Source of the DNA: a virus
Lineage: Duplodnaviria; Caudoviricetes
Length of the DNA: 52,267 bases
Virus record (IMG/VR): IMGVR_UViG_3300012683_000011
Location: 1-52,267 of that record
Direction: 5' to 3' (one strand)
In this document: positions 16,136-26,247 of the stretch, one piece after another
How positions within the stretch are numbered: the first letter of the stretch is position 1
How the letters are laid out: the number at the start of each line of letters is the position of its first letter
The notes under the pieces: generated by a model
The model's input: only the letters and a program-made list of their open reading frames with translations
What the model was told of the DNA's origin: nothing
Databases searched by the model: none
Program-made: the position numbers and the translations under genes

Positions 16136-16440
16136 AAGTTAAAGTTAACAAGAATCAATTTCAAACTACTTATGAGTTTTATTGCCCAGGTTGTAAATGT
16201 CACCATGCTTATAGAACCGAACAAATGGAAGGGCAAGTTGGCCCAATCTGGCAATTTAACGACGACACTGATAAACCTACGTTTACTCCTTCACTTCTTT
16301 ACAGATCCGACTTCAAGCATGATCCTCGCCAAGCAAAAAATATTTGCCACATTTACATGACGAACGGCGTCATATCGTTCTTAGGTGACTGTACCCATGA
16401 GTTCGCCGGTAAAACTTACGAAATGCCAGATATAACGTGA
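16132..16440 (+). CDS. DUF6527-like Zn-binding protein
   Basis: CPGC..H...WQFN...PTFTPS...CH...DCTH. Confidence 0.7.
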   Translation: MKVKVNKNQFQTTYEFYCPGCKCHHAYRTEQMEGQVGPIWQFNDDTDKPTFTPSLLYRSDFKHDPRQAKNICHIYMTNGVISFLGDCTHEFAGKTYEMPDIT

Positions 16441-16730
16441 CTCTCCGTGAAAATCGTAAAGCTCGCGGTTTAACATTAGCTGCCGAGGCACGGCGTCTCA
16501 ATGTTACGGTAGCTTATCTTCTCGAACGAGAATGCATCGAAGAAGTAGAAACTGCTATTTACCCAGCACTTTCAGAGAACACAGAGACAACTATCCGAAA
16601 TAAACGTATTGCAGTTTTAAATTGTATGAGGCGGCGCCTCTCAATTGAGAAACGAATGATAGTAACTCTAATGGCTGATTGCTCTGAACTTGAACAACAA
16701 ATACAAATTTTAGAAAAAATAGATGGTTAA
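16437..16730 (+). CDS. HTH (XRE-like) protein
   Basis: LRENRKARGLTL...ARRLNVTVAYL..RE. Confidence 0.55.
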   Translation: MTLRENRKARGLTLAAEARRLNVTVAYLLERECIEEVETAIYPALSENTETTIRNKRIAVLNCMRRRLSIEKRMIVTLMADCSELEQQIQILEKIDG

Positions 16731-16738
16731 ATCTATTT

Positions 16739-18346
16739 ATGTCAATTTCTCCTTATAGTATACTTTCTACAAGAATGAATCAGCTTGCGACACAATGTCA
16801 AAATAAGCAGAAGAGTTTATTGGAGTGGTCAAAGTTTTACTTAGAAGAACATTTCTCACGCGGTTATAGTAAATTCCACGTTACGCTAGGTTATAAGTAT
16901 GATGAACTTAGAAAACGACGTGGGATTAAAACAGTCGTTATCGCGCCCCGAGGCAATGCTAAAACTACCATTACGCAAGCCTCCTGTATACGTGATATCT
17001 GTGAAACCGCTGAACGATACATACTTATTGTTTCAGATACTGAAACTCAAGCAATAAAGATATTGGACGTTATTAAGCAGGAGTTAGAGCATAATGAAAA
17101 GTTGCGTCACGATTACCCTCTCGCTTGTCGTAAAGGATTCGAGTGGTCAAAGACGCGCATTGAAACTGCTAATGGTATATGTGTTGAGGCGGTTGGAACT
17201 GGCCAGAAAGTTCGTGGTAGAAAATATAAACACTACCGTCCAACGAAAATCATTCTTGATGACCCTGACAATGATGAAGATGTCGCACATGCGCAAACTC
17301 GGCAAAATCATATTGAATGGGTTGACAAAGCATTATCTCAGTGCGGCGATAAAGACACTAACTTTATCTATGTCGGTACAATGATTCATCGGGAATGTAT
17401 CGTAGGACACTTAGAACTTCGTCCAGATTGTGAGGTTATTAAATTCCAGGCTATAATGAAGTGGCCCACTAAACTTCACTTGTGGTCGAAGTGGGAGTCA
17501 ATGTACTTATCCGCTCCTACAAGAGTTGTTAAAGGGGAATTGATTCGTGACTTGAATGCTTGTAACAAATATTATATTGAACACAAAGATGCAATGGGCG
17601 AAGGCGCAGAAGTTCTTTGGGAAGAAAAAGAATCACTTTATGATTTAATGACTTTGCGCGCAGCTATTGGCCATCCAGCTTTTGCATCAGAGAAACAAAA
17701 TGACCCAAGAGATCCTTCCAAATGTGAATTCAAAGAGGAATGGTTCTCAGATGACATTTATTATGCCTATGAAGATTTGTTGCGAAGGATCAGCAAAGAA
17801 AAACCTTTTAGTATTCTTTACGGGGACCCAGCGAAGGGGAAAGATACTCAACGCCATGACTATTCTCCATTAATTCAATTACACAGATTTTCCAATGATC
17901 CATATGTATACATTGAAATTAATATGGAGAAGTTGCCAGTAACAGCGTTTACTGATAAGTTTCTTGATATTTGGCAATCTTCACAACCTACCATTGGAGC
18001 ATTTGAAGAAAACGGATTCCAAGAATTAATTGGTAATGAGATTTTTGATAAAGCTCAAACACGCAATATTTATAATTTAAATCTCAAACACTTTGAGAAC
18101 TATAATATAAATAAGCTTACAAGAATTTCACGCCTTTCGGTTTGGCTTGAGCGTCACTTTTTCAAGTTTAGGAGAGATTGCCCATTTACTAAATTACTTA
18201 TTCAACAATTGAAAGATCATCCACATGCGGCGCATGATGATGGTAGTGATTCTTTAGAATGTGTATTACGTCTATTGAATTTATATTTGAATGAAAGTGA
18301 CCAAGAACAAGAACCAACTGAAGAAGTAATTGGGCATGTTAGATAA
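16739..18346 (+). CDS. terL: terminase large subunit
   Basis: Walker A APRGNAKTT, Walker B IILDD, coupling motif VGT, nuclease DPA and HDDGSD. Confidence 0.95.
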   Translation: MSISPYSILSTRMNQLATQCQNKQKSLLEWSKFYLEEHFSRGYSKFHVTLGYKYDELRKRRGIKTVVIAPRGNAKTTITQASCIRDICETAERYILIVSDTETQAIKILDVIKQELEHNEKLRHDYPLACRKGFEWSKTRIETANGICVEAVGTGQKVRGRKYKHYRPTKIILDDPDNDEDVAHAQTRQNHIEWVDKALSQCGDKDTNFIYVGTMIHRECIVGHLELRPDCEVIKFQAIMKWPTKLHLWSKWESMYLSAPTRVVKGELIRDLNACNKYYIEHKDAMGEGAEVLWEEKESLYDLMTLRAAIGHPAFASEKQNDPRDPSKCEFKEEWFSDDIYYAYEDLLRRISKEKPFSILYGDPAKGKDTQRHDYSPLIQLHRFSNDPYVYIEINMEKLPVTAFTDKFLDIWQSSQPTIGAFEENGFQELIGNEIFDKAQTRNIYNLNLKHFENYNINKLTRISRLSVWLERHFFKFRRDCPFTKLLIQQLKDHPHAAHDDGSDSLECVLRLLNLYLNESDQEQEPTEEVIGHVR

Positions 18347-18394
18347 GCCTTGACTTCTCTTTTTATTATCACAAGTATTTAACACGGAGTATTT

Positions 18395-18682
18395 ATGGTC
18401 GAGCCGTTATTTAAGGGTAAAGTTTCTCAGCATACCGTAAATTATATTTACGCTATCTTTATGGTTAAGAAGATGGCTGCGGATAAGGATGTTGAGTATA
18501 CGAATGAGCAGGTTGAGCGTTTTATCATGGATAAGTATAAGTTCCATGACCATATCGCTAGGGAAATCGTTACTGTCGCTACTAAGTTAGCTGACAAGGA
18601 TTCTGTCGTTAAACATATTCACGATCAAGTTGGGATTCAAAATGAATACCTTATGGAAATCGCGGCTGAAGCTATTAAGTAA
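18395..18682 (+). CDS. hypothetical protein
   Basis: GGAG RBS; codon bias like the capsid genes. Confidence 0.7.
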   Translation: MVEPLFKGKVSQHTVNYIYAIFMVKKMAADKDVEYTNEQVERFIMDKYKFHDHIAREIVTVATKLADKDSVVKHIHDQVGIQNEYLMEIAAEAIK

Positions 18683-19148
18683 CCTGTTACACCCAGTATT
18701 ACTTTTAAGTTTATTAGTTTGCCCTGGATTTCTTTGCATGGGTCGACCAGGACTACCACATACAGATGGTATGTTTTCTGGTTTAGATACGATGAATAAT
18801 CTTTTATTATTCATGGGTTGTATCGGTCTTTGCTTATCTATCGGGGCATACTTCTATGTTAAAGACATTCCGCTTGTGCATGTAGTGGCTGGCACAGCAT
18901 TAGGTACTTTTGGATCAATGATTGGCTTAGCATTATTTTTAACTATAATTAAGCCATTCCTTATTTATATTTATATTGCTATTATGCTCGCCGGGGCTTT
19001 CGGCGCATTTGTTTGGTTGAAACGCCATCACATTAATACTATTTCTGATCTTTGGACCGAAAAAGAAGTTCAAGACGAAGTATCAAAAGCCAAAGATGCT
19101 GCCGCGCAAGAAATCACTCATCTTAAAGATTTACTTTCTAAACGCTAA
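18630..19148 (+). CDS. multi-pass membrane protein
   Basis: three to four hydrophobic segments and a charged C-terminus. Confidence 0.65.
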   Translation: MGFKMNTLWKSRLKLLSNLLHPVLLLSLLVCPGFLCMGRPGLPHTDGMFSGLDTMNNLLLFMGCIGLCLSIGAYFYVKDIPLVHVVAGTALGTFGSMIGLALFLTIIKPFLIYIYIAIMLAGAFGAFVWLKRHHINTISDLWTEKEVQDEVSKAKDAAAQEITHLKDLLSKR

Positions 19149-19194
19149 CAAACTTACTAGGGTTCCTGGTGGCTCCTTTAATTCTAGTTCGTTT

Positions 19195-19214
19195 ACCCGC
19201 TTCGGCGGGGTTTT
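19195..19214 (+). terminator. rho-independent terminator
   Basis: CCCGC-TTCG-GCGGG followed by GTTTT. Confidence 0.75.
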
Positions 19215-19227
19215 CTAAAAGGTAAGT

Positions 19228-20841
19228 ATGGAAACGCTGACTCCAGTCGAACCGATTGTTACAGAAGAGGAAGTTAAATTAGATTTCGCCTCTGCTAAAC
19301 TCAAAGTTGAACAGGCAATTTGTAGGTTTACAGAGTCGATTACATCAGAAAGATTTACCGATCCGGATGAAGCTTTCGAAAACTTCATGCCAATTCGGAT
19401 TGGCCTAACGTCAGAATTTCTTTTTAATGAGCAGCAGTTGCGTATTATTCGCGACTATGCTCGTCAAATCTGTAGTTCTGATGAGATTGCCAAGAATATA
19501 CTTATACAATACAAAACACATATTGTTGGTGAAGGACTTACATTAACTATATACCCAACAGAATCTATTGATGATCCTGTGAAGTTATCTTCAATTACTG
19601 AAGATGCTAAAATTAAGCAGATGAAGAAGAATTGGAAAGCTTTCTGCCAAGTTAACGAAGTCACGAAGAAACTAGATGATTGGGTCACGCGCGATCTTCG
19701 TGATGGGGAAACTTTCGTAAGAATCTTCGATTCGCGTAAGAAATACGCTGGAATGCGTGTTCCAGAAATCAGATTCGTTGACCCTTTTAGAATTCGTCGC
19801 AGTGATGGCGATGATCCTTTTGGTATGGTTACTGAGCCGGAGGATTTAGAAACTGTCTTATCATATACTTATTATCCAGGTAATGAGTATGGATACACCA
19901 CTCTAATTCAAAATAAAGGTGGGATGCTTTTCTTAGCTCCTGTAAAAGTTCCAGCCGACCAAATAATTCATACAAAGCGAAACGTTGATGGAAACGTCCC
20001 ACGCGGACTTTCACGTTTCTATACTGTATTTAATAATATTCGTCGCGCAGCTAAGAATTTAGTAAACTTGTCAGTCCTTTGCAGCATCTTATCCGCTATT
20101 GCGATGATTCGTAAGCATGAAGCTCCTGTCTCACAGGATAAGTTAAATCGACTCACTCAGAAAAATAGTGACGGTAGACAGCATGTTGACCCACAAAGTG
20201 GGAAACTTAAAAATGCTCAGTATATGTCTGCTGGAACAGTTCTCGATGCTTCTAAAGGTATTGAGTATGACTTCCCATCTATTAATGTTAAAACTGAAGA
20301 GTTTATTAAGGCGATCGACAAAGAATTAGCCCAGGTTGCTCTTGCATTTTGCTTACCAGTTCAATGGATGATGTCTACTGAACCTGTAAAAGAAGTCCCG
20401 ATCAATGCTGGCAGCCCCGTAACTAAGAACTTTGCTATGGAACAACGTTTACTTTATGGTGAAGAAGAATCGCCATTAGTTAAACTGTTCTGGAAAGTTC
20501 AGATGTTAATGGGGATGACTGAAGAAGATCAACTTAATTACGACATTATTTTCACTGGCCCCGCTCTCGGCGTAGAATCTACGCTTGATGAAGCTCGCGC
20601 TGAAGAAATTGCAATTCGCACTGGCGCTTCTTCTCCGCAGAACTATGCGCAGAAACTTGGTAATAAGTATGTTACTCAACGTTCTAACATGATTAAGCAT
20701 CGTAATACTAAGCAAGAAGGTGAAGTAATGCCTGGCGATGCGGGTAATACTAATGTAACTGATAAACAAACTTCTGCCGGCCAGGGTGGCGACGGCATAA
20801 CAAAGAAAGGCGGCGGAAGCCGAGTAGCTGATGGAAAATAA
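19228..20841 (+). CDS. portal protein (lambda-like)
   Basis: position; RDGETFVR, IIH...VPRGLS motifs. Confidence 0.9.
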   Translation: METLTPVEPIVTEEEVKLDFASAKLKVEQAICRFTESITSERFTDPDEAFENFMPIRIGLTSEFLFNEQQLRIIRDYARQICSSDEIAKNILIQYKTHIVGEGLTLTIYPTESIDDPVKLSSITEDAKIKQMKKNWKAFCQVNEVTKKLDDWVTRDLRDGETFVRIFDSRKKYAGMRVPEIRFVDPFRIRRSDGDDPFGMVTEPEDLETVLSYTYYPGNEYGYTTLIQNKGGMLFLAPVKVPADQIIHTKRNVDGNVPRGLSRFYTVFNNIRRAAKNLVNLSVLCSILSAIAMIRKHEAPVSQDKLNRLTQKNSDGRQHVDPQSGKLKNAQYMSAGTVLDASKGIEYDFPSINVKTEEFIKAIDKELAQVALAFCLPVQWMMSTEPVKEVPINAGSPVTKNFAMEQRLLYGEEESPLVKLFWKVQMLMGMTEEDQLNYDIIFTGPALGVESTLDEARAEEIAIRTGASSPQNYAQKLGNKYVTQRSNMIKHRNTKQEGEVMPGDAGNTNVTDKQTSAGQGGDGITKKGGGSRVADGK

Positions 20842-21952
20842 ATTAACGTTTCTACAACTTTTTGAGTCCAAGAAGTCAATGAAGGAAAATGTGATCGAGG
20901 ATGTTCATATCCTTGGTCCTAATAGTCAGAATAGTTTTCAAGGCAAAAAGATTTCTTATACTCCTACAGCTATGCAGGAGGCGACGAATCTTTATGAAGG
21001 TCTTGATGTTTATATTGACCATGCTGAACAAGATGAAGATGGTAACAATAAAGAGCGTAAAGTTCGTGACAAGATCGGCACTATTTCGGGGGTGAACTAT
21101 AAAGAAGGTACTGGAATTTGGGCAAAAGAATTCGTTCTTAACCCCAAACATCCTCAATTTGAGCAGATTAAGTGGTGGAATGAGAATTACCCTAATAAAA
21201 TTGGGTTTTCTCATGACGCTAGGATGGCTATTAATCCTGCAACTGGTGAAGTTAATAAGATTTTAAAGCCTAATAGCGCTGATTTGGTGGCCCAACCTGC
21301 AACAGTTATGGGTTTACACGAGTCAATTAAGCTAATTAAAGAAGGCGCGATTGCTGATAAGATGGAAGAAGATGCAGATAATATTTTCCTTGACAAGCTC
21401 ATTTCTACTGCCAATAGTTTAGCAGTTAATATCCTGTGGTCGGCTTACAAAGACAAGTCAGCCGCCGCTAAAAATTTAATCGTCATCTATAAAGATTTAT
21501 TAAGTGAACTTAAATCTTATATGGATGAAGAATCCAACGAAACGGAGAGTGTGAATATGGATCTTTCCAAGTTAACTATCGATGAATTGAAGAAGGATCG
21601 GCCGGACCTTGTCACTGTTTTAAGCAAGGAATCGGTTGCTCCTGTCGAAGCTTCAAAGGCTACTGAAATTGATGCCGCAGTTAAGAAGGCTGTTACTTTA
21701 GAGAAGCGTGTTATGGAAGCTATCAATCAGCTTCCGGAAACCTATCGTAGTAAGTCTTTTGAAACCCAGCTTCGTGAAGCTAAGAATGATGAAATTTTTA
21801 AGGAACTCTTAGATGATCGTTTGGCTTTAGTTAATAAGCCCGTGTCTGAGAGGGTTCTTGTTCTCGCTCATGAGAGTAAGAATACTGAAAAAGTTACTAA
21901 TGAAGATGACACTCGTAAGGCTTTAGGCTTACCTAATAAGAAGGGTGAATAA
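20831..21952 (+). CDS. capsid maturation protease/scaffold fusion
   Basis: YIDH...GFSH...DLVAQPAT protease motifs plus a helical C-terminus. Confidence 0.85.
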   Translation: MENKLTFLQLFESKKSMKENVIEDVHILGPNSQNSFQGKKISYTPTAMQEATNLYEGLDVYIDHAEQDEDGNNKERKVRDKIGTISGVNYKEGTGIWAKEFVLNPKHPQFEQIKWWNENYPNKIGFSHDARMAINPATGEVNKILKPNSADLVAQPATVMGLHESIKLIKEGAIADKMEEDADNIFLDKLISTANSLAVNILWSAYKDKSAAAKNLIVIYKDLLSELKSYMDEESNETESVNMDLSKLTIDELKKDRPDLVTVLSKESVAPVEASKATEIDAAVKKAVTLEKRVMEAINQLPETYRSKSFETQLREAKNDEIFKELLDDRLALVNKPVSERVLVLAHESKNTEKVTNEDDTRKALGLPNKKGE

Positions 21953-21954
21953 AT

Positions 21955-22425
21955 ATGACACACCAACATCGTGGTGGTAATGTTGATCAGATTGTTGCCC
22001 CTGTTAAATTAACTTCTACCGTTCCGACGAATACTATTAACAAGGGCGACCCCTGCGCTATTGTTTCTGGTTTTCTTGTTCCGGCTGGAGCTTTTACTTG
22101 GGATACTGATGAGGCAACTACCCAGACTGGTTTTGCTGCGGCTTTTGCTGGTTTCTCTGATGGTCGTTCTATCGCTGGTTCCACCGATCCGCGAGTTTTA
22201 GAGTTGCCTATTAATATGGGTGGAAATATTGAAGTTGATGTTGCCTCTGCTACATATGAGATTGGTACTTTCGTTGCTTGCGATTCTGGTTCTTCGTTAT
22301 TGAAGCCTGGAACTCTTAAAGCTACTTCGACTAAGGCTAAGGCTATTGGTGTTATTATTCGCCGCGAAGGCGCTGCCACTACTCGTGCCCTTATTCGCCC
22401 GATCAACACTCCGGTTTCGAGGTAA
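21955..22425 (+). CDS. head decoration protein
   Basis: position between scaffold and MCP; small and beta-rich. Confidence 0.65.
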   Translation: MTHQHRGGNVDQIVAPVKLTSTVPTNTINKGDPCAIVSGFLVPAGAFTWDTDEATTQTGFAAAFAGFSDGRSIAGSTDPRVLELPINMGGNIEVDVASATYEIGTFVACDSGSSLLKPGTLKATSTKAKAIGVIIRREGAATTRALIRPINTPVSR

Positions 22426-22430
22426 GACAA

Positions 22431-23636
22431 ATGCAAATTATTAATTTACGCGAAGCTTTCCGTAATAAGAAGACTCGCCCCGAAGTTCTTAGCGTTACCG
22501 AAACAGTTGGTAAGGCTATCAAGTCGGGTGAAATCAAGAAGGAACAGCTTTCTATTCGCAATATCGCTGAGTCGATTCTTGGCGATGCTGGTATGAAGGC
22601 TATGGATCGCAATAATGATGAAGGTAATATCATTGTTGGTTTACATGAGGCCGTTGATCCGGTTTCATTAACTGCTTTTACTAATATCACCGGTTTACTT
22701 GTGCTTCAGTATGCTGTCGAAGCGTACCAAGCTCCTGAGTATATTGGTATGCAGCTTTGCACTGAGGAAACTTCGCGCGATGATAATGTTCGCATTCCTG
22801 GTTTAGCTCCGATTGATGATAAGGTTTTAGTTGTTAAGGAAGGTCAGGAATACCCGACTGTTAGTTTCGGCGAAGATTATATCAGCACTCCGACTTCTCA
22901 GAAGCGCGGCGCTCGTATTGCTCTTACGCGCGAGATGGTTTTCTTCGATCGTACTAATCAGCTTGGTGAATTATCGTCCGCTCTCGGCGCCCGCCTTGCT
23001 ACTGATCGTGAGAAGCGTATTCTTTCTGAAGTTCTTGGTTTAACCAATAGCTTTAGTCGTAAGGGTGTTGCTCGTAATAACTATGTTAGTTCTGCCGATC
23101 CGCGAATTAACTTAACTTACTCGCAGGATCTTACCGATTGGACTTCGCTTGATGCTGCTCAGCAGGTTTTCAATGCTTATACTGACGATCGTACTGATGC
23201 CGAGCCTATTTCTGTGATTCCTGATACCTTATTAGTTACTCCTTCATACGAGTTTACTGCTAAGCGTATTTGGGAGGCGACTGAATTACGTGTTGGTACT
23301 CAGAGCGGAGCCCAACAGGCTTACGGCCCGAATATCATTCGTAGTAAGATTCAGAAGATTTATACCAGTCAGTGGATTACTAAGTTACTTGTTGATGCCG
23401 GTGTTGGTACTGGAGCCTCTACTTTAGCTCGCGCTAAGGGTAATTGGTTCTTTGGTAACTTTAAGAAGGCATTTGGTTATCGTACTTTATTCCCCTTCGC
23501 TGTCCAGGCTATTCAAAGCGACAAAGATATTTTTGATCGCGATGTGGTTGGCCAGTGGCGTGTGGATGAGCGCGGTACTCCTTACACCAAGGCTCCTTGG
23601 CAGGTGGGTCGCTTCCTTAAAGACTCGGCGTACTAA
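22431..23636 (+). CDS. major capsid protein (HK97 fold, Mu gpT-like)
   Basis: VKEGQEYP, KRGARIALTREMVFFDRT, PDTLLV motifs; high-expression codon bias. Confidence 0.9.
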   Translation: MQIINLREAFRNKKTRPEVLSVTETVGKAIKSGEIKKEQLSIRNIAESILGDAGMKAMDRNNDEGNIIVGLHEAVDPVSLTAFTNITGLLVLQYAVEAYQAPEYIGMQLCTEETSRDDNVRIPGLAPIDDKVLVVKEGQEYPTVSFGEDYISTPTSQKRGARIALTREMVFFDRTNQLGELSSALGARLATDREKRILSEVLGLTNSFSRKGVARNNYVSSADPRINLTYSQDLTDWTSLDAAQQVFNAYTDDRTDAEPISVIPDTLLVTPSYEFTAKRIWEATELRVGTQSGAQQAYGPNIIRSKIQKIYTSQWITKLLVDAGVGTGASTLARAKGNWFFGNFKKAFGYRTLFPFAVQAIQSDKDIFDRDVVGQWRVDERGTPYTKAPWQVGRFLKDSAY

Positions 23637-23642
23637 AAGAAT

Positions 23643-23670
23643 AAATGTGTGGAAGTTCCACCACACATTT
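23643..23670 (+). terminator. hairpin after the MCP gene
   Basis: AAATGTGTGG/CCACACATTT stem. Confidence 0.55.
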
Positions 23671-23687
23671 AACTAAAAGGATTTAAA

Positions 23688-24113
23688 ATGGCGAGTGTTC
23701 TCTATAATAGTTTTAAGAAGGATATAATGAATGGTAACATTGACTTAGATACTGATAGTATCTATGTATTGTTAGTTACCAGTTCGTATACTCCTGACAT
23801 CGATGCTCACACGAAGCGTTCCGATATTAGTAATGAGGTAACTGGTACTGGTTATACTGCGGCTGGCGCAGCAATTACTACTCCGACTGTTACTCAAGAT
23901 AATACGAATGATAAGGGTGTGTTCGATGGCGACGATGTCACGTGGTCAACAGCCACCATTACCGCTCGTGGCGCCGTAATTTATAAGCATCGTGGCGGCG
24001 CTTCTTCGGCTGACAATCTTATTGCATACATTGATTTTGGTGGTGATAAGGTATCTTCGGCTGGTAATTTTACTATTCAGTGGAATGCTTCTGGTATCAT
24101 TGCTCTTGCGTAA
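23688..24113 (+). CDS. virion structural protein
   Basis: IDLDTD..LLVTSSYTP...EVTGTGYTA...DFG...GNFTIQW, a widespread virion family pattern. Confidence 0.75.
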   Translation: MASVLYNSFKKDIMNGNIDLDTDSIYVLLVTSSYTPDIDAHTKRSDISNEVTGTGYTAAGAAITTPTVTQDNTNDKGVFDGDDVTWSTATITARGAVIYKHRGGASSADNLIAYIDFGGDKVSSAGNFTIQWNASGIIALA

Positions 24114-24122
24114 GGGGCCAGT

Positions 24123-24290
24123 ATGACTTTAGAAGAGGCTGATAGTGTTCTTTCTGATTTACTTGTTGCTAAAGAAAAAAAAAGAGCCGATATTAAGGTT
24201 GCAAGAATTCAACGTGATAAGTTATTAATCGCCAAACGTACTGAGGATGCTAGTAAATCTTCTGGTATTGACGCGGTTGCTAAACAGTAA
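24123..24290 (+). CDS. 55-aa hypothetical protein
   Basis: MTLEEADSVLSDLLVAKEKKRAD...; AAGGGG RBS. Confidence 0.55.
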   Translation: MTLEEADSVLSDLLVAKEKKRADIKVARIQRDKLLIAKRTEDASKSSGIDAVAKQ

Positions 24291-24295
24291 TTAAC

Positions 24296-24324
24296 TACCC
24301 TACCACAAAATGGTAGGGTATTTT
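24296..24324 (+). terminator. rho-independent terminator
   Basis: TACCCTACCA/TGGTAGGGTA followed by TTTT. Confidence 0.75.
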
Positions 24325-24335
24325 AGGTTAAATAA

Positions 24336-24836
24336 ATGGCTTACCCTACAACTTTAGATTCATTTACAGCTCCTAATGCAACTGATCCACGAAATGCCCC
24401 ATCTTTAGCTGGTGTAATTGTAGCAGTTCAAACAGCAATTGCCGCTCTAGAAGCTAAATTAGGTATTAATGGGTCCGCTGTAACGAGTTCAATAGACTAT
24501 AAATTAACTAATGATGTTAGATTTGCTGGCGGGGCGACCGCATTAACCGATGCATCGACAGTTGCTACCGACGCTAGTCTAGGTGGTTTCTTTACTCTTA
24601 CAATCGGTGGTAATAGAACATTAGGCGCCCCTACAAATCTTACTGCTGGGTTTAGTTATTGCTGGAAAATTACGCAAGGGGGTGGTGGTAGTAATACCCT
24701 TGCTTATAATTCAGTATTTAAATGGGCTGGCGGGACTGCTGGTGTACTATCTACAGCGGCTGGGGCTATTGATATTCTTACTGGCATTAGTGATGGTACA
24801 AATATATACGTTACATTAGCGAAAGCTTTCTCGTGA
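24336..24836 (+). CDS. fibre/spike protein
   Basis: AIAALEAKLGI coiled coil plus a C-terminal beta domain (LTIGGNRTLGAPTN...FKWAGG...DIL). Confidence 0.7.
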   Translation: MAYPTTLDSFTAPNATDPRNAPSLAGVIVAVQTAIAALEAKLGINGSAVTSSIDYKLTNDVRFAGGATALTDASTVATDASLGGFFTLTIGGNRTLGAPTNLTAGFSYCWKITQGGGGSNTLAYNSVFKWAGGTAGVLSTAAGAIDILTGISDGTNIYVTLAKAFS

Positions 24837-26239
24837 GAAGTCTTCATTTACTTGGCGCTTTTAGTGGCGCTGAGGATCTTATTATAACTACGTGGGCGGC
24901 TGCCATCGTTACCGCTAGTGGTACAGTTAGCGCAGCTACACGGGCCATTTGGTCTACACAAATAAAAGCATTACGAGCAAAAGCTTCGCTTTTTAGTAAA
25001 ATAAATAATGGTTCTAGTAGACTCTCTGCTGTTTGTGGGGATCAAAAAGCTGCTGCTTTAGTACCTTTTTTAGTTGGCGGCGGTGGTACTACTGATACTG
25101 GTAATAATCTTGTTAATGGCGACTATACTGAAACAACTGGTATAGCTGGTAATGCTAGTAATAAAACTATAGATATTAATATTACACCAGCGCAAGCTGG
25201 GCAATCGTCTAGTGATGCCTGCTTTATTTTTTGGTTCGGTGGTAGTGACACCGGGACTAAAGTTTTTTGTTCTAATGGTAGTGGGCATGAAGAAATTTAT
25301 AATGCGGGTGGTATAAATTGGAAATATGATTCTAGTAGTGGTGTTTCAGTTTTCCAAAGTACAAGTCAATTAGATACAGTAACATATAAAGCATCTTTTG
25401 GACAAAGTAATGTTGCTAATGCTTTAGGTGTTTTTAGACGCGGTGTATCTCGGACAATAGCGGAAGTTCGTGGTTCAGCATCTGGTTCCCTTGGTACGAG
25501 TAAATATCGCGCTTTAGGTCGTCAAGGTGGTGGGTTTGAAACTTCACTAACTTTACTTGGGTATTATATTGGCGCTGGATTAACCAACCAAGAAGTCTTT
25601 GATTTAAATGCTATAATGGAAGCTGGGTTTACAGCCCTTGGACGTTCTAGTTTCAGTACAGTAACTCCGATAGCTTTCTTTGGAGATTCTACTACACTTG
25701 GCGCTGGCTATACAGACATGCCGCAAGCTGTTTATCAGCTTGATGGTACACGTATGGGATCGAATCATGGTGTTAGTGGGGACACTTCTACACAAATAAA
25801 AACAAGACTTCTAGCGTACCCTGGTATTGCAAGAGATATTATAGTTATTCAAGCTGGCACTAATAATTATGTAGCCTCGGCATCTACTGTTTTATCTGAT
25901 ATAGCTGCTATGGTTGCAGCTATAACAGCTACTGGTAATAATAAATATTTAATTCTTACGCCACTTTGTATTTGGAGCGATGTACTTGGGTCAGCTAATA
26001 GAACTCAATATGATATAGTTCGCAATGGGATTATCTCAGCTTACCCAAGTAACTATGACGATGTCTTTACTGCCCTAGTCGCTTCATATGACGTACTCAC
26101 ACCACAAGATGTAATTGACCATACAAATGGTGTTGTTCCTAGTACAAAACGTTCAGATAATACGGTTCATTTAAATTCTCTTGGGTATTCTTTTGAAGCT
26201 ACTCGTGTTAATAATGATGTCGTAGCTGCTGCTTGGTAA
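24833..26239 (+). CDS. virion protein with C-terminal SGNH/GDSL hydrolase domain
   Basis: FFGDS, GVSG, AGTNN and DNTVH blocks. Confidence 0.8.
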   Translation: MRSLHLLGAFSGAEDLIITTWAAAIVTASGTVSAATRAIWSTQIKALRAKASLFSKINNGSSRLSAVCGDQKAAALVPFLVGGGGTTDTGNNLVNGDYTETTGIAGNASNKTIDINITPAQAGQSSSDACFIFWFGGSDTGTKVFCSNGSGHEEIYNAGGINWKYDSSSGVSVFQSTSQLDTVTYKASFGQSNVANALGVFRRGVSRTIAEVRGSASGSLGTSKYRALGRQGGGFETSLTLLGYYIGAGLTNQEVFDLNAIMEAGFTALGRSSFSTVTPIAFFGDSTTLGAGYTDMPQAVYQLDGTRMGSNHGVSGDTSTQIKTRLLAYPGIARDIIVIQAGTNNYVASASTVLSDIAAMVAAITATGNNKYLILTPLCIWSDVLGSANRTQYDIVRNGIISAYPSNYDDVFTALVASYDVLTPQDVIDHTNGVVPSTKRSDNTVHLNSLGYSFEATRVNNDVVAAAW

Positions 26240-26247
26240 GGTAATTT

